A stretch of DNA of 64,000 nt from an uncultured Rikenella sp. (lineage in GTDB: Bacteria; Bacteroidota; Bacteroidia; Bacteroidales; VadinHA17). Of this stretch, positions 1 to 9,421 are shown in pieces. The stretch lies in contig CAZAVK010000002.1 in the NCBI GenBank assembly GCA_964488645.1, positions 64,830-128,829 of the forward strand. Reading direction: 5' to 3'. The notes under the pieces are model-generated. The model saw only the letters and a program-made list of their open reading frames with translations. It was not told the DNA's origin and ran no database searches. Both the position numbers and the translations under genes were made by a program. Positions within the stretch are counted from its first letter, which is position 1; every line of letters begins with the position of its first letter.

Positions 1-512
1 GCAACTTCCAGAGCCTGGTGGGACAACGCCTCTACACCTCAACCTTCCACCCGCAGGTGCTGCAGAAAGCACTCAGGTCGGCTGACGTGCTGATAGGTGC
101 GCTGGCAACAGATATACACATTCCCTGGTTCTACGTCACAGAGGAGATGGTACAGGGGATGAAACGGGGATCAGTGATCATCGACCTCAGCGTCGATACC
201 GGCGGATGCGTCGAGACCACTGAACTGAGGGCAATAAAGGACCCGGTATATGAGAAGCACGGAGTGATACACTATTCGGCATGGAACCTGCCGTCACGCG
301 TACCCAAGACAGCTTCGATAGCGCTGAGCAATGTCTTCAGGCCGCTGCTGCAGGAGATAGCCGATGCCGGAGGAACAACCCCGATGATTAAGTTCAATAC
401 CGGGCTGAGAGACGGAATATACATCTACAACGGTATCCTCACCAATGAGGCGCTGGGGCAGAAGTTCGGGCTCCTCTCAAAGGATATAAACCTGCTGCTG
501 GCTGCCTTCTGA
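1..512 (+). CDS. Alanine dehydrogenase/PNT-family protein, C-terminal fragment (5' end outside window)
   Basis: The frame is open from the window edge, with no in-frame stop before 18. The translation (IIDLSVDTGGCVETTE, GVIHYSAWNLPSRVPKTAS) resembles the C-terminal part of alanine dehydrogenase-family enzymes. Recognised from memory. Confidence 0.65.
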   Translation, partial: NFQSLVGQRLYTSTFHPQVLQKALRSADVLIGALATDIHIPWFYVTEEMVQGMKRGSVIIDLSVDTGGCVETTELRAIKDPVYEKHGVIHYSAWNLPSRVPKTASIALSNVFRPLLQEIADAGGTTPMIKFNTGLRDGIYIYNGILTNEALGQKFGLLSKDINLLLAAF

Positions 513-675
513 AGAGAGGGCAGTGTCCGGGGCAGGTACCCTCCGGACTCAGCAGACACTACTGGCTGCCTTCTGAAGAGAGGGCAGAGTCCGGGGCAGT
601 TACCCTCCGGATTCAGCAGACACTACTGGCTGCCTTCTGACAAGAGGACAGAGTCTGGTGCAGGCTCCCGCAGGC
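498..675. repeat. Tandem repeat, 64-bp period, about 2.8 copies (starts at 498, 562, 626; third copy degenerate)
   Basis: Direct reading: the unit ctggctgccttctgaagagagggcag(t/a)gtccggggcag(g/t)taccctccgga(c/t)tcagcagacacta begins 15 nt before the TGA at 510-512 and recurs. Confidence 0.9.
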
Positions 676-745
676 CATATCGTTCCCCTGCAGGTTGTTA
701 TTGACAGCTTGTCCGGCAGTGTTCTCTTCAATCAGACAGCAACGC

Positions 746-1684
746 TCATCCTGATGCCGGCACACCCTGCTGCCAGCTGAGCTCTGCGGTGGCGCCGTCA
801 TGAACAATCCTGGCCTGCCGGCCTATGTAGAGTGCCCTGTTGTCAGGGATATGTCCTGCCGGGAAGTTAAAGAGCACCGGGTAGCCGAAGCCGCCGGCCA
901 CATTCATCACCACCTCCTCTACCGTCTGGTTGAAGACATGCTCCCCCTCGGTGATCTTCTCCATCCCTCCCACCACCAGTGCCGACAGGTTGCTGAGCAG
1001 TCCCGCCAGCCGCATCGAGACCAGCATGCGGTCAAGGTGGTAATACTTCTCCCCTATATCCTCGATGAAGAGTATGGCGCCGTCGGTATCAGGCTGTGCC
1101 ACCGTGCCGTGCAGGCTGTAGAGCAGCGAGATGTTTCCCCCGGTGAAGCGCCCCGTGAGGGCGTAAGCCCCTTCGCTTCCGGGGTTCCAGCTCACCGGTG
1201 CCGCCTCGCCTCGCAGCGCCTGAACCATGGTGCCGTACGACGCGGGCAGGCAGGCCGGATCAGTATAGTTGAGCGGCATCTCGGCATGCAGCGAAGCGAT
1301 ACCGCATACATTGCTGAGCCACATGTGCAGTGAGGTGATGTCACTGTATCCCACGTACCACTTGGGCGTTTTCTGTAGGGCGGTGAAGTCGATACGGTCA
1401 ACGATCCGCGTCATTCCATATCCGCCGCGCGAGCAGAGCACCGCCTTCACATCCGGGTCGTCAGTGGCACGCTGGATATCATCCAGCCGCTCCTCATCAG
1501 TGCCGGCAAACGGTCCGCTGCGACTGAAAAGATGCTTTCCGTAAGTGACCCGGAAGCCCGACTGCTCAAGCATTGCCGCTGCCTGACAGACAAGATCCTC
1601 ATCGATATGACTGGCCGGCGAGATAATCTCTATACGGTCTCCGTCAGTGAGATAGGGGGGTATAACCAGTTTATCCATCAGCAT
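746..1684 (-). CDS. LD-carboxypeptidase (peptidase S66, muramoyltetrapeptide carboxypeptidase-like)
   Basis: IEIISPAS, CSRGGYG and the nucleophile motif WYVGYSDITSLH are typical of S66. I chose the ATG at 1684 (MLMDKL) because the longer ORF, extending to 1774, overlaps the upstream gene, which ends at 1716. Confidence 0.8.
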   Translation of the reverse strand: MLMDKLVIPPYLTDGDRIEIISPASHIDEDLVCQAAAMLEQSGFRVTYGKHLFSRSGPFAGTDEERLDDIQRATDDPDVKAVLCSRGGYGMTRIVDRIDFTALQKTPKWYVGYSDITSLHMWLSNVCGIASLHAEMPLNYTDPACLPASYGTMVQALRGEAAPVSWNPGSEGAYALTGRFTGGNISLLYSLHGTVAQPDTDGAILFIEDIGEKYYHLDRMLVSMRLAGLLSNLSALVVGGMEKITEGEHVFNQTVEEVVMNVAGGFGYPVLFNFPAGHIPDNRALYIGRQARIVHDGATAELSWQQGVPASG

Positions 1685-1715
1685 GCTTTCTATAATAGAC
1701 TCAAAAATAGTTATT

Positions 1716-3008
1716 TCAGGTAAAAAACCGTGCTGCGGTGTCGAAGAGTCTGTCAAAGGTACGGTCAGCGGCATCAGCTCCTGACCCTGCCAGAAGGGGA
1801 AACGGTGACTCGTGGGTATAGTTATAGTCAGGATTCCATATTTCGATGTCGCTGCAGCCCAGGGTCTCCCTCACGGCTTCCGTGGGTATGACGCTGTCAC
1901 CCGCAAGGGTAATCGTTTTCAATCTGCCATCATACCGGCCGAATGGTCTTCCCCTCAGCTCTCTCAGGCGTTGCAGGGATGTCATTGCAAAAAAAGCTTC
2001 TCCCTCAGGGGTATTATTCATTATCTCTGTTAATTTTTCTCTGTCACAGCCCATTACTCTGTCAGGCCAGCGCAGGTAGAATGAAAGCAGGGTCTCAAAG
2101 GCACGGCTGTCCATTATCAGCTTTGAAGTGCCATTCATCAGGCTGAAGGCACTTCCTCCGCAGAAGAACATTATACGGCAGTTGTCAGGCAACGGGGAGG
2201 GGTCTGACAGCATCATCACCTGTGTCACCAGTGCTCCGATGGAATAGGCAAAGATATCTGCCGGACCGCCTGGTGCAATGCCCGGTATGCTGCCCCGCTC
2301 CAGCAGGCGTATCAGCTCAGCAATATCTGCGGCTGTCTGGTAGCCTGACAGCATGAACCGCTGTGGCGAGATACTCATCCTGATGCTCAAGGCCACATTG
2401 ACAAAGGTTGAGGGTCTTGCGTCAGGAGCCAGTGCTGTACGGGCTGTCACGAGGGGCATCATGATATGCCTGTCTATCCAGCTCTGTGGTGAACGGTTCA
2501 TGTGCCAGGCCAGGGGGAAAAGCACCACCGGCCTGCCGGTGTCTGCTGCCAGTCTCACACCCCACTGTATGTACTTGCCCCAGCTCCGTTCATTAAGGCC
2601 ATGGAGCAGTATTATTGCTCCTCCTCCCTTTCTGCGGCTGCCCCCGTCATCTGTCATGGTATCTCCGCCCCGGGCAGCCTGCCGGTATGATGGCCTCTCA
2701 TGTTTTGCCTCATCTGCCGGTACCGCCCCTCTCCCTGAAGAACAGGCTGATCCCCCGGTGGCCCCTCCGTTCCGGGATGATGGTGTCATGACATAGTAAC
2801 TGAACTCCCTGTTGCCCTCATCCATCTCCCGTGACCTGAACAGTGACCTGAACAGCCACGGCACATCCCGTCCGTCAGGCCAGGAGCAGTCAACCATTGA
2901 CCGAAACCGCACCGACGTGAGGTTTACGCCCGTACCGGGGATCATCCCTTCAGTCATCCCTCCCCTGAAGCAGGCAGTGATTTCACGTTCGGTTGCCGTA
3001 TAACCCAT
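1716..3008 (-). CDS. Alpha/beta-hydrolase-fold protein (resembles Bacteroidota DUF6051-type family), with a low-complexity insert
   Basis: AIILLHGLNERSW followed by the nucleophile-elbow-like FAYSIGA. The N-terminal boundary is uncertain. The family name is from memory. Confidence 0.55.
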   Translation of the reverse strand: MGYTATEREITACFRGGMTEGMIPGTGVNLTSVRFRSMVDCSWPDGRDVPWLFRSLFRSREMDEGNREFSYYVMTPSSRNGGATGGSACSSGRGAVPADEAKHERPSYRQAARGGDTMTDDGGSRRKGGGAIILLHGLNERSWGKYIQWGVRLAADTGRPVVLFPLAWHMNRSPQSWIDRHIMMPLVTARTALAPDARPSTFVNVALSIRMSISPQRFMLSGYQTAADIAELIRLLERGSIPGIAPGGPADIFAYSIGALVTQVMMLSDPSPLPDNCRIMFFCGGSAFSLMNGTSKLIMDSRAFETLLSFYLRWPDRVMGCDREKLTEIMNNTPEGEAFFAMTSLQRLRELRGRPFGRYDGRLKTITLAGDSVIPTEAVRETLGCSDIEIWNPDYNYTHESPFPLLAGSGADAADRTFDRLFDTAARFFT

Positions 3009-3175
3009 TTCTCATTTTTGCAGCAAACTAAAGAAAGGAACCGCGCCTCACCAAATAAGAGGTGGCGGCAGCCCCAGCACGGGACGGAAATCTCTGACAT
3101 GGGGTAAAAGGCACTATTGCGGGGTGAAATTCCTGCTCCCCGGCAAAGCCAAAACCTGCAGGTCTTCAAAAGTGT

Positions 3176-3183
3176 TAAATTTG
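3176..3183 (+). promoter_or_regulatory. Candidate Bacteroidota -7 promoter box (TAnnTTTG)
   Basis: TAAATTTG lies 17 nt upstream of the ATG at 3201. Confidence 0.4.
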
Positions 3184-3200
3184 CATAGACTATTGGTCCG

Positions 3201-4052
3201 ATGAATATTGACCTGAGCAAAAAGCTGCCCTCCTATCTTACTGAGAAAGGGAATATCGTTACAACGATACTCTTCACTGCCGGCTTCGCACTGCTCTTTC
3301 TCAACCTTTACACCCCATTTGGTGTAGCTGCCTGGTTTGAGGTTACAAAACCGGCAATGCTGCTCTTTACCAGCGGAGTAATACTTGCAGGTGTGCTGGT
3401 GGTCGCTCTCAGCCGTATCATCATGTACCACCATGTCAGGCGCGGAAAGAGGCTGTTGATCTGGCACTACCTCGTATGGGTGGCTTCTGAGATCTTTGCC
3501 ATGTCTCTCTTTTTCACCATTTTTGAGATCATAGTTCTCAATGACCGGCGGGAATTTACCGAGCTCCTGGGCAAGTCAGCCCAGAATACGTCGCTGACCC
3601 TGCTTCTGCCATATACCTTCCTCTGGCTCTGGTTTGCATGGCGCGACAGCAAAGGCCGGCTTTCGGGAATCATGGACCTGCCTGAACCTGCCGCCAGCCA
3701 ACATATGATACATCTGCGCGATGAAAAAGGAGTCTTGCAAATCTCATTGAAACACTCTGATCTTCTGTATATTAAGGGAAGTGACAACTATGTCACCCTG
3801 TTTTATCAGGTTCCTGACAAGCTGATGCGGTTCATGTTGCGCAACACCCTCAGGATGCTGGAGGAGGAGCTGAAAGAAGAGTCTGTCATCAGATGTCATC
3901 GCTCATGGCTGGTCAATATCAGGAAGGTCAAGCTGATACGCAGGGAGAAAGAGGGGTTGATGCTGGAGCTTGACAGTACGCCTCCGTCATCAGTACCTGT
4001 ATCACGTACCTACATGCATGATGTGCTTGCCGCGTTCGGGCATATTGAGTAG
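3201..4052 (+). CDS. LytTR-domain DNA-binding protein with N-terminal transmembrane segments
   Basis: The N-terminal half is hydrophobic with about 4 predicted helices. The C-terminal part (LLYIKGSDNYVTLFYQ, IRCHRSWLVNIRKV) matches the LytTR signature. Confidence 0.75.
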   Translation: MNIDLSKKLPSYLTEKGNIVTTILFTAGFALLFLNLYTPFGVAAWFEVTKPAMLLFTSGVILAGVLVVALSRIIMYHHVRRGKRLLIWHYLVWVASEIFAMSLFFTIFEIIVLNDRREFTELLGKSAQNTSLTLLLPYTFLWLWFAWRDSKGRLSGIMDLPEPAASQHMIHLRDEKGVLQISLKHSDLLYIKGSDNYVTLFYQVPDKLMRFMLRNTLRMLEEELKEESVIRCHRSWLVNIRKVKLIRREKEGLMLELDSTPPSSVPVSRTYMHDVLAAFGHIE

Positions 4053-4261
4053 GACATTGCCCCGGGGTTGTTCCCTGCCTGGGTCAATGATCTATTACTG
4101 TCATTCCTCAGCACCCGGTAAGGATTGATCAAAGGTTGGCAGCAACTCTGGCAGCAAGGGGTACACGGGCGGTATGAAACCCTCTGTACAGATACGCGGC
4201 ACCCTGCATAATCAGGTCTCCTCATAATTTATACGGCTTAACCGCACTTTTTGAAATTGAT

Positions 4262-4269
4262 TATCTTTG
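4262..4269 (+). promoter_or_regulatory. Candidate -7 promoter box (TAnnTTTG)
   Basis: TATCTTTG lies 29 nt upstream of the metG ATG at 4299. Confidence 0.4.
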
Positions 4270-4298
4270 CCCGGTTAAATCAGTCTCATCGCCGCTAT

Positions 4299-6332
4299 AT
4301 GAAGAAGTTCAAACGTCATCTCATCACCTCAGCCCTTCCCTATGCCAACGGCCCGATCCATATCGGTCACCTGGCCGGTGTTTACGTTCCGTCAGACATC
4401 TACGTGCGCTGGCTCCGGATGCGTGGTGAGGAGGTCATCTTCATCTGTGGCTCTGATGAGCATGGGGTGCCCATTACCCTCAAGGCGCGCAGTGAGGGGA
4501 AGAGCCCGCAGGAGGTGGTTGACCATTTCCATCAGCTGATCAAGAAGGCCTTCAGCGACTTCGGAATCTCATTCGATATCTACTCACGCACCTCCAACAA
4601 GATACATTACGAGACCGCCTCCTGCTTCTTCCGCTCCCTCTATGACAAGGGTGAGTTCATCGAGAAGACCACCAGCCAGTATTATGATGAGGAGGCCGGC
4701 GCCTTCCTGGCTGACCGCTACATAACCGGGACCTGTCCGCACTGCGGCAATGAGAACGCCTACGGAGACCAGTGCGAGAAGTGCGGCACCTCACTCAGCC
4801 CCACCGAACTGATCAACCCGCGTTCCACAATCAGCGGCAGCAAGCCGGTGATGCGCGACACACTGCACTGGTACCTTCCGCTTGACAGGTATGAGCCGTG
4901 GATCAGGAAGTGGATCCTCGAGGATCATACCGAGTGGAAGACCAACGTCTACGGCCAGTGCAAATCGTGGCTCGACCAGGGGCTGCAGCCCAGGGCTGTC
5001 AGCCGTGACCTCGACTGGGGGGTGCCCGTACCCGTTAAGGGGGCAGAAGGCAAGGTGCTTTATGTCTGGTTTGATGCACCCATCGGATATATATCGGCCA
5101 CCCGCGAGCTGACACCCGACTGGGAGAAGTACTGGAAAGACCCGGAGACACGGATGATCCACTTCATCGGAAAGGACAACATCGTATTTCACTGCATCAT
5201 CTTCCCGGCCATGCTCAGGGCCGAGGGAAGCTACATACTGCCTGACAACGTCCCTGCCAATGAGTTCCTGAACCTCGAGAATGACAAGATCTCCACCTCG
5301 AAAAACTGGGCGGTATGGCTGCATGAGTACCTCGAGGATTTCCCCGGCAGGCAGGATCCGCTGAGGTACACCCTCTGCGCCAATCTCCCTGAGACGAAGG
5401 ACAATGATTTCACATGGAAGGATTTCCAGGCACGCAACAACAATGAGCTGGTCGCCATACTGGGCAATTTTATCAACCGTGCCCTGGTACTCACAGGCAA
5501 TTATTACGGTGGAGAGGTACCTGCTCCCGGTCCGCTGAACAGCTATGACGAAGAGACCCTTGGCGCCATCACCACCCTCCGGAGCAGCATCGACAGCAGC
5601 CTGGAGAGCTTCAGGTTCCGGCAGGCCCTCTCTGAGGCGATGAACCTGGCCCGCCTGGGCAACAAGTACCTGGCCGATACCGAGCCGTGGAAGGTTATCA
5701 GGACCGATCCCGGCCGGGTAAAGACGATTATCTATATCTCGCTTCAGATAGCTGCGAACCTCTCTGTAATGCTTGAGCCCTTCCTGCCCTTCTCGATGGC
5801 CAGGCTGAGGGAGTGGCTCGGCATAACCGACCTGCGGTGGGAGAGCGCCGGCCGTACCGACCTGCTTGCTCCCGGACATAAGGTGTCATCAGGAGAGCTG
5901 CTCTTCAGCAAGATTGAGGATACAGATATTGACAGGCAGCTGCAGAAACTGCTTGACACCAGGAAAAACAATGCGCTCACGGCTGCACGGGCAGTCCCGC
6001 AGAAGGAGAATGTCTCATTCGATGAGTTCAGCCGCATGGATATACGCACAGCCACCATCCTGGAAGCCGAGAAGGTTCCGAAAACCAATAAACTGGTAAG
6101 GCTGAAGGTGGATACCGGGATTGATATCCGTACCATCGTCTCGGGCATTGCAGACCAGTTCAACCCTGATGAACTGCCCGGCAAGAGCATCTCGGTTATT
6201 GTCAACCTGGCACCGCGCACCATCAAGGGAATTGAGTCAAAGGGGATGATACTGCTGGCTGAGGATGAGAGCGGCCGGCTGGTGTTTGTAACACCTGAAG
6301 AGAAGATCAAAAACGGCAGCGTGGTAAGATAG
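4299..6332 (+). CDS. metG: Methionine--tRNA ligase
   Basis: HIGH motif (PIHIGHLAG), zinc knuckle [23 protein letters not shown]-like KISTSKN, and a C-terminal tRNA-binding domain ([27 protein letters not shown]). I prefer the ATG at 4299 over the TTG at 4251. Confidence 0.95.
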   Translation: MKKFKRHLITSALPYANGPIHIGHLAGVYVPSDIYVRWLRMRGEEVIFICGSDEHGVPITLKARSEGKSPQEVVDHFHQLIKKAFSDFGISFDIYSRTSNKIHYETASCFFRSLYDKGEFIEKTTSQYYDEEAGAFLADRYITGTCPHCGNENAYGDQCEKCGTSLSPTELINPRSTISGSKPVMRDTLHWYLPLDRYEPWIRKWILEDHTEWKTNVYGQCKSWLDQGLQPRAVSRDLDWGVPVPVKGAEGKVLYVWFDAPIGYISATRELTPDWEKYWKDPETRMIHFIGKDNIVFHCIIFPAMLRAEGSYILPDNVPANEFLNLENDKISTSKNWAVWLHEYLEDFPGRQDPLRYTLCANLPETKDNDFTWKDFQARNNNELVAILGNFINRALVLTGNYYGGEVPAPGPLNSYDEETLGAITTLRSSIDSSLESFRFRQALSEAMNLARLGNKYLADTEPWKVIRTDPGRVKTIIYISLQIAANLSVMLEPFLPFSMARLREWLGITDLRWESAGRTDLLAPGHKVSSGELLFSKIEDTDIDRQLQKLLDTRKNNALTAARAVPQKENVSFDEFSRMDIRTATILEAEKVPKTNKLVRLKVDTGIDIRTIVSGIADQFNPDELPGKSISVIVNLAPRTIKGIESKGMILLAEDESGRLVFVTPEEKIKNGSVVR

Positions 6333-6371
6333 CGGGGATTCGGGGCCGCCCTGCGATGATTCTACAGGTTC

Positions 6372-7571
6372 TCAGCGGCTTCTGAAGACCCAGGCGCCCG
6401 GGTACTCTTTCCGGAACTTCTCCAGCACCACCTTTGCCTCGTCAAGGGTCTTGAATACCTGTGCACTCACCCTGAGATAGCCGTCGGGCCCGCCTGACAT
6501 CTCCGGGTCATAGCCCTGCCTGCGCAGCTTCTCTATCATCGTAAGGGCATTCTCCTCTCCCTGGAAGCTGCCAATGATAACCATATACCGGTACTCCTCG
6601 ACAACCTCTGCAGTGGCCCTTCTTGCCGGTTGCTGAGGGGTGGCAGCGGGTGTGCGCCCTGCAGTGGCAGCAGTGACTCCAGCCGCTCTTTCCGGGGTGA
6701 CGGTGTCTGTCAGTACGGCTCTGTTTGTCCCGGCGATCCTGGCACCAACAGCCCCGGTGGCAGCAGTCCCGGTAGCAGCAGCCCCGGTGGCAGCAGTCCC
6801 GGTAGCAGCAGCCCCGGTGGTAGCAGTCCCGGTGGTAACAGCCCCGGTGGCAGCGGGTATCTCTGCGGCAGGCGTTTCTGCCTCATCGTATATGGCAAAG
6901 GGCGCCGCGCCGGCCAGCCGTTCACTCTCTATCTGCGCACGGTTGAACTCCAGTTCGGCCCTGGCCAGAGGATTGAGGCTGGCCTCGTCAATATGGCTTT
7001 TGAAGATACGGTCATTGAACGGTACCAGTGCCAGGGCTGCCAGAACCGGTATGATCACTGCCGCCCTGGCAAGCAGGCTGCGTACCGAGGGCTGTGACAC
7101 CAGCGGCTGCGGGCGCCTCTCGAGGGCCCGCTTCCTGACATCAAACCCCTTCGCCGGTCTGCGGTGATAGGCACTCAGCCCGTAGGAAGAGAGAAGATAG
7201 TTTACCGTCAGATCGGGGTCAAAGACAATCACCCTGTCATAATTGAGTGAGAAGGTGCCCAGATAGGCGATCGGCACCGGGGTTCCGGTCATGATGCGTT
7301 TTCTGAGATCGTCAGCCCATTCCCTTACAATCTCCCGCGCTTCGGCATATCCCCTCCCGGTCACGGCCGATATATGCCCGATCAGCAGACCGTCATTGCC
7401 GGTGAGGTGCCGGTTGAAGGTTATCTTCCTTGAAGGAGGCTCAAAGAGGCCGCTTTTGCGGTCGATATGTGCAGGGAAATAGTTGCCTATGAATGCACCA
7501 AACCCCGGCACAATGACACAGTCATGCCTGAAAAGAAGCTCTCTGATCTGTTCGCTGATATCCTTCGCCAT
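6372..7571 (-). CDS. HU-like N-terminal domain / C-terminal SPOR domain protein
   Basis: N-terminal VIVPGFGAFIGNY (HU-CCDC81-like), one transmembrane helix, a T/G/A-rich repeat, and a C-terminal SPOR-like segment (YMVIIGSFQGEENALTMIEKLRRQGY). Confidence 0.7.
   Translation of the reverse strand: MAKDISEQIRELLFRHDCVIVPGFGAFIGNYFPAHIDRKSGLFEPPSRKITFNRHLTGNDGLLIGHISAVTGRGYAEAREIVREWADDLRKRIMTGTPVPIAYLGTFSLNYDRVIVFDPDLTVNYLLSSYGLSAYHRRPAKGFDVRKRALERRPQPLVSQPSVRSLLARAAVIIPVLAALALVPFNDRIFKSHIDEASLNPLARAELEFNRAQIESERLAGAAPFAIYDEAETPAAEIPAATGAVTTGTATTGAAATGTAATGAAATGTAATGAVGARIAGTNRAVLTDTVTPERAAGVTAATAGRTPAATPQQPARRATAEVVEEYRYMVIIGSFQGEENALTMIEKLRRQGYDPEMSGGPDGYLRVSAQVFKTLDEAKVVLEKFRKEYPGAWVFRSR
6749..6856. 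repeat. In-frame 30-bp tandem repeat, about 3.5 copies, inside the SPOR-protein CDS
   Basis: gccccggtggcagcagtcccggtagcagca recurs at 6751, 6781, 6811 and 6841. It encodes TGTA/ATGAA-type repeats on the minus strand. Confidence 0.85.
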
Positions 7572-7588
7572 GAAGAAGAAATAATGAA

Positions 7589-7596
7589 CAAAGATA
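7589..7596 (-). promoter_or_regulatory. Candidate -7 promoter box (TAnnTTTG)
   Basis: The reverse complement reads TATCTTTG, 17 nt upstream of the ATG at 7571. Confidence 0.4.
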
Positions 7597-7675
7597 AAAA
7601 AGAAACATGATCAGGCCATGGTAAAAAGGGTTAATTAAATTCTATTATCTTCGCTTCAAACAGATATGATTGAGT

Positions 7676-8803
7676 ATGAAAAAGATTGAGATGGTCGATC
7701 TCCGTACGCAGTATGAGAGGCTTAAGCCGGACATTGACAATGCCGTTGCGGGGGTGATCAGCTCGGCCGCCTTTATCCGCGGGCCGGAGGTGAGGCTCTT
7801 TGAGGAGGAGCTTCAGCATTACCTGGGGGTGCGTCATGTGATCTCATGTGCCAATGGCACCGATGCCCTTCAGATAGCCATGATGGCACTTGGTCTCAGG
7901 CCGGGTGATGAGGTGATAACCACCAACTTCACCTTCATTGCCACGGTTGAGGTGATCGCGCTGCTGGGTCTCAGGCTGGTTCTTGTTGAGCCTGAGCCTG
8001 ACACCTTCAATATCAGCATTGAGGCTGTCCGCAAGGCCATCACACCCCGCACCCGTGCCATCGTACCGGTTCATCTCTTTGGCCAGTGTGCTGAGATGGA
8101 GCCTCTCCTTGAGCTGGCTGAGCAGCATGGCCTGCATGTCATCGAGGATGTTGCTCAGGCTACCGGTGCCGAGTACCGCTTCAGTGACGGCACCGTCAGA
8201 AAGGCCGGCACCATGGGCACCATCGGCTGCACCTCATTCTTTCCTTCGAAAAACCTGGGCTGCTTCGGTGACGGCGGGGCACTCTTCACCAATGATGACA
8301 GCCTGGCTGCCGGCCTCAGGAGCATCACCAACCATGGCATGAAGGTGAGGTATCATCATGACGTCGTGGGGGTCAACTCACGGCTCGACACCCTGCAGGC
8401 GGCTATACTGAGGGTCAAGCTGCGCCATCTTGACAGCTTCAACCTTGCACGGCAGAGGGCAGCAGAGCACTATGACAGGGAGCTCTCGGAAGTGAACGGC
8501 ATCGCCATCCCGGTCAGGAACCCCCGCTCCACACATATCTTCCATCAGTATACGCTCACCATCTCCGGTGGCAGGCGCAATAACCTGCGTGAGTGTCTCG
8601 AGGAGGAGGGGATACCCTCGATGATCTACTATCCCGTGCCGGTCCACACCCAGAAAGCCTATCTCAGCCTGGGCTATCCGGCAGATGCCTTCCCGGTCAC
8701 CTCACGCCTCTCTGAGAGCGTCATCTCACTGCCGATGCATACCGAGCTCGATGAAGAGCAGCTGGCATACATCACCGGCTGCATCAGGTCAAAATTCAAC
8801 TGA
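7676..8803 (+). CDS. DegT/DnrJ/EryC1/StrS-family sugar aminotransferase (WbpE/PorR-like)
   Basis: PLP-lysine region FFPSKNLGCFGDGGA and overall DegT architecture. I prefer the ATG at 7676 over the TTG at 7670. Confidence 0.85.
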   Translation: MKKIEMVDLRTQYERLKPDIDNAVAGVISSAAFIRGPEVRLFEEELQHYLGVRHVISCANGTDALQIAMMALGLRPGDEVITTNFTFIATVEVIALLGLRLVLVEPEPDTFNISIEAVRKAITPRTRAIVPVHLFGQCAEMEPLLELAEQHGLHVIEDVAQATGAEYRFSDGTVRKAGTMGTIGCTSFFPSKNLGCFGDGGALFTNDDSLAAGLRSITNHGMKVRYHHDVVGVNSRLDTLQAAILRVKLRHLDSFNLARQRAAEHYDRELSEVNGIAIPVRNPRSTHIFHQYTLTISGGRRNNLRECLEEEGIPSMIYYPVPVHTQKAYLSLGYPADAFPVTSRLSESVISLPMHTELDEEQLAYITGCIRSKFN

Positions 8804-8811
8804 TACAACCA

Positions 8812-9390
8812 ATGGAAAAGGAATATTTTGCCCATGAGACCGCTGTCATAGACGAAGGCTGCACCATCGGCAGCGGCACCCGTATCTGGCACTTCAGCCA
8901 CGTGATGAAAGATGCCGTCATCGGTGAACGCTGCAATATCGGGCAGAACGTGGTCGTCTCACCGGGGGTCGTCCTGGGAAATAATGTCAAAGTGCAGAAC
9001 AATGTATCCATATATACCGGAGTTATATGTGAGGAGGATGTTTTTCTCGGACCGTCAATGGTGTTCACCAATATAAGCAATCCGCGCAGCGCGGTTGTCA
9101 GGCGTGATCTCTACGTCACCACCGTGGTTCGGCGCGGTGCTTCTGTTGGTGCCAATGCCACCATTGTGTGCGGCAATGAGATAGGCCGGTATGCGCTCAT
9201 CGGCGCCGGAGCGGTGATCACCAGGCCGGTGAAGCCCTATGCACTGGTGGTAGGTAACCCCGGCCGCCAGACCGGATGGGTCTCTGAGTACGGGCACAAG
9301 CTCATCTTCAATGAGGCCGGTACCGCCGTATGCCCCGAGAGCGGCCAGGAATACAGACTCGCTGATGGTGAAGTGACCAGGATTAGTTAA
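8812..9390 (+). CDS. Left-handed beta-helix (hexapeptide) N-acetyltransferase (WbpD-like)
   Basis: Hexapeptide repeats (IGSGTRIWHFSHV, IGERCNIGQNVVV, LGNNVKVQNNVSI). About 190 aa, as in WbpD/WlbB. Confidence 0.8.
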   Translation: MEKEYFAHETAVIDEGCTIGSGTRIWHFSHVMKDAVIGERCNIGQNVVVSPGVVLGNNVKVQNNVSIYTGVICEEDVFLGPSMVFTNISNPRSAVVRRDLYVTTVVRRGASVGANATIVCGNEIGRYALIGAGAVITRPVKPYALVVGNPGRQTGWVSEYGHKLIFNEAGTAVCPESGQEYRLADGEVTRIS

Positions 9391-9421
9391 TGTTTTTATG
9401 CTTTTTTAAAATTTCATCCTG

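Noticed and set aside
4791-5879. 362-aa ORF antisense to metG. Similar long antisense ORFs occur at 800-1333, 35963-36733, 43952-44845, 51414-52145 and 60573-61622; the last is longer than metF itself.
   Set aside because: Each lies fully inside a gene whose sense-strand product has unmistakable family motifs. The translations are Arg/Pro/Gly/Leu-rich with no recognisable motifs. Long shadow ORFs are expected in GC-rich coding DNA.
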